Source: Patescibacteria group bacterium (GTDB lineage Bacteria; Patescibacteriota; Patescibacteriia; Patescibacteriales; UBA12465). Taken from it: a stretch of 64,000 nucleotides of DNA. The stretch is from contig JBAYKT010000005.1 in assembly GCA_041664445.1 (NCBI GenBank), positions 7,438-71,437 on the forward strand, read 5' to 3'. The translations under genes were made by a program, and so were the position numbers. This document shows positions 17,225-24,994 of this stretch, piece by piece; position 1 is the first letter of the stretch, and every line of letters starts with the position of its first letter. The notes under the pieces are model-generated. The model did no database searches and had not been told where the DNA came from. It worked only from the letters and a program-made list of their open reading frames with translations.

Positions 17225-19060
17225 TTATTCCTCCGCCACATCCAAGAAGCCTTCAATCTTCTTGTAAATGTTAATCGGGGTAATATTATGCTCTTTATTA
17301 TACTTTAATTGTTTTTTGCGGCGTCTTTCAGCTTCATTAATTGCTCGTTTCATTGATTCAGTTTTTTTGTCGGCGTAAAGAATAATCTTACCCTTAACAT
17401 TTCTGGCCGCTCGGCCCATGGTTTGCATTAGCGAAGTCTGACTGCGCAAAAATCCTTCTCTATCGGCGTCTAAAATGGCAACAAGAGTTACTTCCGGCAA
17501 ATCCAAACCTTCGCGCAATAAATTAACGCCGATTAAAACGTCAAAGGCTCCTTCGCGAAAATTCTTTAAGATTTCGGTGCGTTCAAAGGTTTTGATGTCG
17601 CTATGGAGATAATTGGAGCGAAACCCTTGACCATTTAAATAAGTATTTAAATCTTCGGCCTGTTTTTTAGTCAGAGTATTAATAATCGCCCGCTCGCCCA
17701 GTCTGGCAATTTCCCGAATCTCCTCCATCACGTCATTTATCTGACTATAATTGGTTTCTTTATTAAACACTGGTCTAATTTCAATCTCCGGGTCAATCAG
17801 TCCGGTCGGTCGGATAACTTGCTCCACGATTTGTTCGGACTTTTTCATTTCAAAATCGCCCGGAGTAGCGGTGGTAAAAATAGTTTGGCCGATACGTGCT
17901 TCAAATTCGTTAAACTTTAAAGGGCGATTATCTAAAGCCGAGGGCAAGCGCCAACCATATTGAGTTAAAGTCTTTTTGCGCGCCTGATCACCATTATACA
18001 TGCCTCTAATTTGTGGGATGGCGATATGGGATTCATCAACAACCAATAAAAAATCTGCTTTCCCCTCTTTCCAGGGAAAATAGGCCAGCAAGGAATCAGG
18101 CGCTTCACCGGTCAATTTACCGGTTAGGTGTCGCGAATAATTTTCAATGCCATGGCAGTAACCGAGACTGTGGAGCATTTCAATATCATATTTAGTTCGA
18201 CGCTCCAAACGTTCAGCTTCTAATAATAGGCCTTCTTTTTTAAAATAGGCTAAGCGGTCCTTTAATTCCGCTTGAATATTTTTAATTGCCCCTTCAATTT
18301 GCGGGCCGGTAGAAACAAAGTGTTTGGGCGGGAAAATAACAATTTCTTCCAGATTTTCCAAAATATTTTTAGTCGTGTTATCAATAATCGTTAATTCGGA
18401 AATAATTTGGTCTTTTAATTCTAAACGATAAACGATGTTTTCCGACTTCGGGCGGATTTCAAAGATATCTCCCCGAACCCGAAACTGGCCGCGTTCTACA
18501 TTTCCGCTTACCCGTTCAAACTGAATCTTAATCAACTGTTTAATTAAATCGGTACGTACCATCGGCTTCCCTGTTTCTAAAACTAAACTAGCTTCTAAAT
18601 AAGAAGACGGGACACCAAGATTATAAATACAAGAAACCGAAGCCACAATAATCACATCGCGGCGAGAAACGAGCGCCGAAGTCGCCCCGTGGCGCAGACG
18701 GTCTATCTCTTGGTTAATCATCGCCTCCTTATCTATATAAGTATCGGTTATTGGCAAATAGGCTTCCGGCTGATAGTAATCATAATAGGAAACAAAGTAA
18801 TGAACGGCATTATCCGGAAAAAAATTCTTATATTCACGATACAGCTGCGCCGCTAAAGCTTTATTGGGAGCAATTACTAGAACTGGCTTATCTTGCCCGG
18901 CAATAATATTGGCCACCGTAAAGGTCTTGCCGCTACCGGTCACGCCTAAAAGCGTCTGATAATTAAATCCAGACGCTAAACCAGTCTCCAGCTTCTTAAT
19001 CGCTTCCGGCTGGTCGCCGGCGGGCAAAAAATCAGACTTTAATTTGAACAATTTTTCCAT
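17225..19060 (-). CDS. uvrB: excinuclease ABC subunit B lacking the C-terminal UVR domain (611 aa)
   Basis: Helicase motifs (GVTGSGKTFT, DESH, beta-hairpin region). Ends ..KYNKEHNITPINIYKKIEGFLDVAEE, with no FEEAA-type UVR helix hairpin. Confidence 0.95.
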   Translation of the reverse strand: MEKLFKLKSDFLPAGDQPEAIKKLETGLASGFNYQTLLGVTGSGKTFTVANIIAGQDKPVLVIAPNKALAAQLYREYKNFFPDNAVHYFVSYYDYYQPEAYLPITDTYIDKEAMINQEIDRLRHGATSALVSRRDVIIVASVSCIYNLGVPSSYLEASLVLETGKPMVRTDLIKQLIKIQFERVSGNVERGQFRVRGDIFEIRPKSENIVYRLELKDQIISELTIIDNTTKNILENLEEIVIFPPKHFVSTGPQIEGAIKNIQAELKDRLAYFKKEGLLLEAERLERRTKYDIEMLHSLGYCHGIENYSRHLTGKLTGEAPDSLLAYFPWKEGKADFLLVVDESHIAIPQIRGMYNGDQARKKTLTQYGWRLPSALDNRPLKFNEFEARIGQTIFTTATPGDFEMKKSEQIVEQVIRPTGLIDPEIEIRPVFNKETNYSQINDVMEEIREIARLGERAIINTLTKKQAEDLNTYLNGQGFRSNYLHSDIKTFERTEILKNFREGAFDVLIGVNLLREGLDLPEVTLVAILDADREGFLRSQTSLMQTMGRAARNVKGKIILYADKKTESMKRAINEAERRRKKQLKYNKEHNITPINIYKKIEGFLDVAEE

Positions 19061-19219
19061 AAATAAAGCGCAAAAATAGTTCTAAAATTAATTAAAACTA
19101 TATCATAGAAAGCTAAAAAATAAAAGATTAAAAGCTTAAGCTCTTCGAACAGCTAAAAATCCTTGTCGCCGGAGCTAATTTAATGCTAAAATAATAATAA
19201 CAAAGTATAGACAACAAAC

Positions 19220-22200
19220 ATGAAAAACAATTTTTTAAAAAAACTTAAGCAACGTCAATTAAAGTTTTTATTTTTGACGGGCTTATTTTTTAGCTTTCTA
19301 TTATTCACCGGCACGCAGGACTCTCAAGCGCAGACAGCAAACGGGTCTGATAGCAACGACGCGATTGCGGTACGCATCGTTGAAAATCCCAATCATTACA
19401 GCAGCGCGCGCTGGTATCAACTGCAAAACTTCCAAGGCTCACCGCAAACCCTTCAGGTTGATGGCTATGAAGCCATTAGAAACGGCCGCACCGTTTATGT
19501 GAACGCGGCCAACGTTGTTGATTCCAATAACGACGGGACACCGGATGCTTTCTATACCAATATCTTCATTATCTCCTATACCGAAAGCCAAAGAGCCGAT
19601 ACGCCGGATATTTTTGGACAACTCCTAAAAAACTTTAAATTCAATACTAATTTCTTTGAGCTCGGCGCCTGTAGCACAAGCACCGATAAATCTTGCTTAA
19701 CTAACAAAGATTGCCCGGCAACGGAATATTGCAACAGCCAAAAATCAAAAGTAGTAAGAGATGTTAAACGTTTGGCGGATTTAACGGAAATGCAAACTTA
19801 CCTAAACGTTTATAAACAAAAAAACGGCGTTTACCCAAGTGAAGTAGCAGGAACTTATATCGCCAGCAAAACTCTATCTAATTGGCCGAGTTGGCAAGAA
19901 AGCTTTGCTAAAGATTTAGGCACAGTTTTACCGGTTGATCCAATTAATGAAATGGGTGAGTGCCCTGGCTATGACCCGACTACTTGTTGGAGCTCAAGCA
20001 CTAAAGCTTTTGCCACTGATATTTCCCAAGCAGTTTTACCTTCCGGCAGTCATGTTTATGTTTATTTAGGCAATATTCAGGGGGCGACCGCGAGATACTG
20101 CGCGCAAATGGAAAGCGGTTATGCTAACTTGCAAAACTTCAATTGTTTTAGCGACCGAAGACCCAATAACCAACCGATGATTAAAGATGTAGCTCTTTAT
20201 GGCTGGCCTAAAAAGGAATTTAACGGCTATGTAAGCGTCTTTGATGCTGACGGCGATCCGCTTAAATTAACTATTGAATTAGCTTCCCCAGCGCCCAATG
20301 TCTGGCTATTAGAAAAATGGGGCGGCTTTGCCTCTTCCACAATTACTGCCCTGCCTAGCAAGGGGCAAATGAAAATTTATGTGCCGATTACCGGGAATGC
20401 TAAGGCTCCCGGTTATTACAAGGTGCGCTTGAATCTAGACGACCAGCAAGGAGCGTCTAATAGCATCTTTTCACAAATTTACGATTTAACAGTCCAGCCC
20501 TTAACTAGCAGTTTAAGCAAAACTAGCAAAACAGTAACTATCGGTCAGACTGACTCGGCCGCCATCAGCGGTACCGATTCTAACGGCGATGCAATTACTA
20601 ATGTTGCTTTTGAAAGCGCCACCTATAATAGCAGCCAGATAAGTCAAACTGTATTTACTAATAGTGGCTTTACAATTTCCGGAGCGACCTTGCAAGAAAG
20701 TTTTAGATCCGCTCAGAAAACCGGTGTTTATGTCATTAATGTTTCGGCCACTGACAGCGTAGCGGCCGGCGGCAAAATATTTTCTAATTTTACCTATACT
20801 ATTGTTAATAAACCACCATCTTTCAAAAGCCTAGTTGCGACCTTCTCTAACAACACAACTAAAACTTGCGCTCCGGGAGAAACCTGTTATGTTTCAATTG
20901 ATAATGGCGAAGCGGCTACCGTTAGAGTTACTGGCGAAGACCCGGACGGACACGCGCTCAGCTATTCTTTGGTGGATAATTTCGGCGGCAAATTAAGCAT
21001 TAACTCCTCAACCGGGGTAATTAGCGGCTTACAAAATTTAAGTTATCAAGAATTACAGGACCAGGTTTTTAATATTGAGGTAAAAATTTCCGACGCCTAC
21101 TGCCCTAATTCCAGTCCGGCCGAATGCTCATCAAATTATTCTTTCAGCCTTAAAGTTTTAAAATATTGTTCCGTTAATTTACCAGGCTCAACTCTTTACA
21201 AAGAACTTCAACAAACTGTAACCGTTTCCAATTCTGGCGACAATTTAAATACCGGCCTATTTTTAAGCGATTGTTCGGAAATTGGAACCAGCTCCATGGA
21301 TGTAAAATTTGTCGGCGAAGCTCATAGCCAGGCCATTGTTTTGGTTAGCGATTTGTCAAAAAGTATGGACGCTAACATTACTATTGACGGTGTTTCGCAA
21401 CCGGCAGTCACCCGCTTAAAGAGCGCTTTAACTAAAACCACTACTGGCTTTTTAGATAGCGTCTATGGAATTGCCTCTACCTGGCCGGCGCAATATTTTA
21501 TTAAAGTCGGCTTAATCGCTTATAACACCGGAGTAGTCAGCAGCCAACCTTTAACCGATCTCATTACAACCGGCAGTTTAAGTAACTTAAAAAATATAAT
21601 TAATAACTACACCACTTATTACCAGACAAACACCTTAGCGGCTTTAAATGCCGCTGAAACAACTTTAGCTGGCATCACTGATCCGAGCACGGAAAAAATT
21701 GTTATTTTAATGAGTGACGGTATTCCGGGAATTGATGGTTATTCAATTAAAAATCCTTACTGCTATACTCCAACGGAATGCGCCGATGATCTTCCTGCTT
21801 GTCCGTCCGGGCAATATCAAATCGGCTGCACTACTTCATATTGTTATACCCCAAGCTGTTCCTGTGGTGGCACTTGGCCGAATTGCGACTCTCAAGCTTC
21901 TTGCCCTAGTGGCTATATTCAGGGAGGGTGTACGGTTGACGATTGTTATCTTGACACCAACCACTCTGTTTTCAATCCTTTCCAAAAATTTAGACAATTT
22001 TTTACTAAACTAAAAGCTAAACCGGCAAAGGCGACAACCGTCGGAAATGAATGTATCTACAAGAGCTGCGCCCAGGTCTTCCCCAACTTTTCTTGTCCAA
22101 GCAATCAACAAATGAGCTGTTCATATTATTGGGAATTAAATTGCGATTTAACGCCGGATGTGGATAAACAAGCCAACATTATCAAAAGCCAGGGTATCTC

Positions 22201-22561
22201 TCTGTACACGATTTATTATGATACCAGCGGCACTTCAACCCCCAAACAAAGAATGTGTAATTGGTCCAGTAATAACGGCGTTGATTGTGATAATAATACC
22301 TACGCCTTCGCCGGTTCCGATATTGATACGATGATTAAAAAGGTTTTAGGCAGAATTGTTACCAAACCAAAGGATGTTACTGTGGGTAATTCGATAATTC
22401 TGGATGAGGACACCGCTTCAACCACCAGTTTTGTAAGCGGCGCTTTAGTCGGCGGTTTAAGCTGCGGCGCAATTACGCCGACGGTCACCTTTAGCAACAA
22501 TGGTTATTTGGAATTTTCAAATATAAAATTAAATTATTGCCCAGCTAAACTTCATCCTTAA
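19220..22561 (+). CDS. giant secreted adhesin-like protein: pilin-like module, cadherin/Ig-like repeats, vWA domain with Cys-rich insert
   Basis: 1113 aa. Signal peptide. RDVKRLADLTEMQTYLNVYKQKNGVYP (pilin-head-like). DPDGHALSYSL..LSINSSTGVISG. MIDAS VSDLSKSMD and ILMSDG. Confidence 0.65.
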   Translation: MKNNFLKKLKQRQLKFLFLTGLFFSFLLFTGTQDSQAQTANGSDSNDAIAVRIVENPNHYSSARWYQLQNFQGSPQTLQVDGYEAIRNGRTVYVNAANVVDSNNDGTPDAFYTNIFIISYTESQRADTPDIFGQLLKNFKFNTNFFELGACSTSTDKSCLTNKDCPATEYCNSQKSKVVRDVKRLADLTEMQTYLNVYKQKNGVYPSEVAGTYIASKTLSNWPSWQESFAKDLGTVLPVDPINEMGECPGYDPTTCWSSSTKAFATDISQAVLPSGSHVYVYLGNIQGATARYCAQMESGYANLQNFNCFSDRRPNNQPMIKDVALYGWPKKEFNGYVSVFDADGDPLKLTIELASPAPNVWLLEKWGGFASSTITALPSKGQMKIYVPITGNAKAPGYYKVRLNLDDQQGASNSIFSQIYDLTVQPLTSSLSKTSKTVTIGQTDSAAISGTDSNGDAITNVAFESATYNSSQISQTVFTNSGFTISGATLQESFRSAQKTGVYVINVSATDSVAAGGKIFSNFTYTIVNKPPSFKSLVATFSNNTTKTCAPGETCYVSIDNGEAATVRVTGEDPDGHALSYSLVDNFGGKLSINSSTGVISGLQNLSYQELQDQVFNIEVKISDAYCPNSSPAECSSNYSFSLKVLKYCSVNLPGSTLYKELQQTVTVSNSGDNLNTGLFLSDCSEIGTSSMDVKFVGEAHSQAIVLVSDLSKSMDANITIDGVSQPAVTRLKSALTKTTTGFLDSVYGIASTWPAQYFIKVGLIAYNTGVVSSQPLTDLITTGSLSNLKNIINNYTTYYQTNTLAALNAAETTLAGITDPSTEKIVILMSDGIPGIDGYSIKNPYCYTPTECADDLPACPSGQYQIGCTTSYCYTPSCSCGGTWPNCDSQASCPSGYIQGGCTVDDCYLDTNHSVFNPFQKFRQFFTKLKAKPAKATTVGNECIYKSCAQVFPNFSCPSNQQMSCSYYWELNCDLTPDVDKQANIIKSQGISLYTIYYDTSGTSTPKQRMCNWSSNNGVDCDNNTYAFAGSDIDTMIKKVLGRIVTKPKDVTVGNSIILDEDTASTTSFVSGALVGGLSCGAITPTVTFSNNGYLEFSNIKLNYCPAKLHP

Positions 22562-22562
22562 T

Positions 22563-23420
22563 ATGAATAAAAACTATTGGTACTTTCTCTCCATCATTCT
22601 TTTCTTGGCGCTCGGACTGGCCGGATTTTTAATCTATCAAAAATCTCTGGAAAGTCTCCCGGCTGATCCCGGCATTGATAACATTAAGCAAGCGACCCCG
22701 GCGGAGATTGAACAAGCGCAAGACAAGCTGGAAAAAGACCAGGCGGCTTTTAGCAAGGCTCAAGCCGATAATAATTTAGAATTATGCAAGACAATCGCTA
22801 ATTCTGACCTGCAAAAGAACTGCAACGCCCAAATTCAATTCCATAACGCCTTTGCTTCGCAAAAAATAAACGACTGCGAAAAAATAGATGACCGGATGTT
22901 TAAAACTAGCTGCGTGGAAAATATGACCGCCGAAGGCACAAGCGCCGGTTGTCAAACATTAAGCGACGACGAATTAAAAAATGTCTGCCTCTCTATCGCC
23001 TACTATAATCAAGCTAAAACCGAAAATAAAGCAGAACTTTGCAATGAAATACCAGAACTAATTAGACGCGCGAACTGCCTGTCAGAATTAAAAGATATTG
23101 ATTTGCATTCTGATGATGACCAGGATGGCTTTGATTTCTTGCAAGAAATTATTAATGGCACCAATCCTAATCTTAAAGACTCAGACGGCGACGGCTATCA
23201 AGACGGCTATGAATTCCAGAGCGGCTTTAATCCGGACGGCCAAGGAATTTTAGACCAAAGTATTCCCAACAACATTACTTATTGCCAAACCTTAAAGGAT
23301 GAAAAAATAAGAGGCATTTGCCTTAAAGAATTTGAAGGCTACCCCTTGGACTTGTTTGATTGCGGCAAGGCTAAAACAAAAGAACTACGCGAGTACTGTT
23401 TAAAAAATCCAATTGAATAA
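22563..23420 (+). CDS. membrane-anchored protein with six C-x11-C repeats and TSP3-type Ca-binding repeats
   Basis: 285 aa. N-terminal TM. LCKTIANSDLQKNC-type unit six times. DDDQDGFDF..NPNLKDSDGDGYQDGYE. Start 1 nt after the adhesin stop. Confidence 0.55.
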   Translation: MNKNYWYFLSIILFLALGLAGFLIYQKSLESLPADPGIDNIKQATPAEIEQAQDKLEKDQAAFSKAQADNNLELCKTIANSDLQKNCNAQIQFHNAFASQKINDCEKIDDRMFKTSCVENMTAEGTSAGCQTLSDDELKNVCLSIAYYNQAKTENKAELCNEIPELIRRANCLSELKDIDLHSDDDQDGFDFLQEIINGTNPNLKDSDGDGYQDGYEFQSGFNPDGQGILDQSIPNNITYCQTLKDEKIRGICLKEFEGYPLDLFDCGKAKTKELREYCLKNPIE

Positions 23421-23431
23421 TAGACTAAAAC

Positions 23432-23464
23432 AAAAAGACCCTCTTTAGTAAAGGGTCTTTTTTT
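23432..23464. terminator. bidirectional terminator hairpin, copy 1 of an identical 33-bp repeat
   Basis: AAAAAGACCCTCTTTAGTAAAGGGTCTTTTTTT. Identical string at 24206..24238. Confidence 0.8.
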
Positions 23465-23475
23465 GTTGCGTATGA

Positions 23476-23775
23476 TTATTTAAAACTAACTTCTAATTGC
23501 ATATCTAGCGCGAGAGCAATTCTGTCCAATAATTTAATAGTAACATTCTGCTGGCCGCTTTCAATTCGAGCAACATTACTTTGTTTAGTCCCAATTTTTT
23601 TAGCCAACTCGGCTTGACTTAAGCCCTTTTGCTTGCGGGTTTGTAGAATTTTATATGAGATTTCTAATTGCCTACCATATTCATCAAAAAGACGCTTAGC
23701 TTCCGGGTCTTTTAACTCCTCCGCCAGATAATCACTAAATTTAGTTGCTTTAATTATTTTTCCATCTCTACTCAT
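23476..23775 (-). CDS. XRE-family HTH antitoxin (HigA-like)
   Basis: 99 aa. LSQAELAKKIGTKQSNVARIESGQQNVTIKLL. 8-nt overlap with the upstream toxin gene. Confidence 0.8.
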   Translation of the reverse strand: MSRDGKIIKATKFSDYLAEELKDPEAKRLFDEYGRQLEISYKILQTRKQKGLSQAELAKKIGTKQSNVARIESGQQNVTIKLLDRIALALDMQLEVSFK

Positions 23776-24139
23776 ATAATTGCAGATTATTAATTACATC
23801 TTGATAATTTCTTTCGGCTTTCAGTATTTCCTTTGGCGGCGTCTTGTTAGTTCGCTTCATAAAAGCGCTTAGCAAAATAATATTTTTATTTACAAAAGAA
23901 AAATAAAATATCCGATGATGACTATTATCAAAATCAACCCTTAACTCTCGTATTTTGCCGATAATATGACGACTATACGGCTCATTAAGATATCCATTAC
24001 TTTTTTCAAGTAAATCAATATATTTATTAATTTTATTTCTAGTTTTTTTATTAAGTGACTTTATATAATCCAGGACTGGCTCTCGACCAGTAAAACTATC
24101 TTTATAAAACACAATCTCGTATTTATCATTATATATCAT
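23768..24139 (-). CDS. RelE/ParE-superfamily toxin, Gp49/HigB-like
   Basis: 123 aa. Toxin-first order. ..IGKIRELRVDFDNSHHRIFYFSFVNKNIILLSAFMKRTNKTP pattern of Gp49-like killer proteins. Confidence 0.7.
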   Translation of the reverse strand: MIYNDKYEIVFYKDSFTGREPVLDYIKSLNKKTRNKINKYIDLLEKSNGYLNEPYSRHIIGKIRELRVDFDNSHHRIFYFSFVNKNIILLSAFMKRTNKTPPKEILKAERNYQDVINNLQLYE

Positions 24140-24205
24140 ATATGGTATGTTGTCAATTTGAAAATTATGGCTTTATATTAACAAACCACAGATAAACTCC
24201 AATTA

Positions 24206-24238
24206 AAAAAGACCCTCTTTAGTAAAGGGTCTTTTTTT
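24206..24238. terminator. bidirectional terminator hairpin, copy 2 of the 33-bp repeat (terminates lexA)
   Basis: Identical to 23432..23464. Confidence 0.8.
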
Positions 24239-24254
24239 AATAATCCTATTAAAC

Positions 24255-24881
24255 TTAAATCACGGAACCGGTGCGCTGGAAATCTCTAATTATCTTAATC
24301 ACGATTCCTCGGATTTCTACATTCTTCCTAAATATAGGTTCAAAGGTCGGATTGGCCGGTTGTAATCTGATTCTTCCCTTTTCTTTATAATATCTTTTAA
24401 GGGTCGCCTCATTATCATCGATTATCGCCACAGCCGTGTCGCCGTTATCAGCCCAGGACTGTTTTTTAATGATGGCGAAGTCACCATCAAAAATCCCATC
24501 GCCAATCATAGAATTTCCCCTTACTCTCAAAGCGTATAAATCGCCGTCCTGGAAGCGTTTGTCCCGAGCAATCTCAATAGCCTCATCAGGCACTTCAATC
24601 GCTTCTATCGGCCTTCCAGCGGCAATCACGCCGACCAGAGGAACGGACATAAACTCTTGCTTGGCGTTAAGGGTGACTAGCTCCAAACTGCGAGCGACTC
24701 CCTTCACTTTTTTAATAATTCCCTTGTCAATAAGATTCGCGATATGTTCGTGAATCGTGGAAATTGTAGAGACCCCAAACTTATCCTTAATTTCCGTTAA
24801 GGACGGCGCATAGCCGTGCTCTTCGCTATAAGAAGCGATGAAGTCACGGATTTCCGCCTGTTTTTTTGTAAGCGTTGTCAT
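24255..24881 (-). CDS. lexA: LexA repressor
   Basis: Winged-helix N-terminus, AAG cleavage site (VIAAGRPIEA), S24 peptidase Ser (RGNSM) and Lys (IIKK). Start trimmed to MTTLTKKQ because the promoter lies inside the longer ORF. Confidence 0.9.
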   Translation of the reverse strand: MTTLTKKQAEIRDFIASYSEEHGYAPSLTEIKDKFGVSTISTIHEHIANLIDKGIIKKVKGVARSLELVTLNAKQEFMSVPLVGVIAAGRPIEAIEVPDEAIEIARDKRFQDGDLYALRVRGNSMIGDGIFDGDFAIIKKQSWADNGDTAVAIIDDNEATLKRYYKEKGRIRLQPANPTFEPIFRKNVEIRGIVIKIIRDFQRTGSVI

Positions 24882-24908
24882 ATGTTTGTTAATTATAATT
24901 ATATCTAT

Positions 24909-24937
24909 ATTATACCCGAAACTAACCCGAAGCACAA
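24909..24937 (-). promoter_or_regulatory. lexA promoter with direct repeats in the spacer
   Basis: Minus strand TTGTGC-17 nt-TATAAT. The spacer holds TTCGGGT twice with 11-bp period. Confidence 0.55.
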
Positions 24938-24942
24938 GAGCT

Positions 24943-24973
24943 AAAAAAATAGCCCTAAATAAAGGCTATTTTC
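24943..24973 (-). terminator. terminator of gpsA
   Basis: ATAGCC-N9-GGCTAT flanked by A- and T-runs. Confidence 0.6.
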
Positions 24974-24994
24974 TAAGTATTACTTTAAATATTA

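Noticed and set aside
16039-17256. Longer N-terminal versions of three ORFs in the track (16039..17256, 24255..24935, 6241..7752)
   Set aside because: The extensions overlap the uvrB 3' end or contain the gene's own promoter elements. The paralogue alignment (MFKF..) and typical LexA N-termini support the internal starts used in the feature table.
19061-19219. Searched the uvrB, lexA and uvrC upstream regions for a Gram-positive type SOS (Cheo) box GAAC-N4-GTTC
   Set aside because: No match. Only lineage-unspecific palindromes and direct repeats are present, reported as low-confidence operator candidates.
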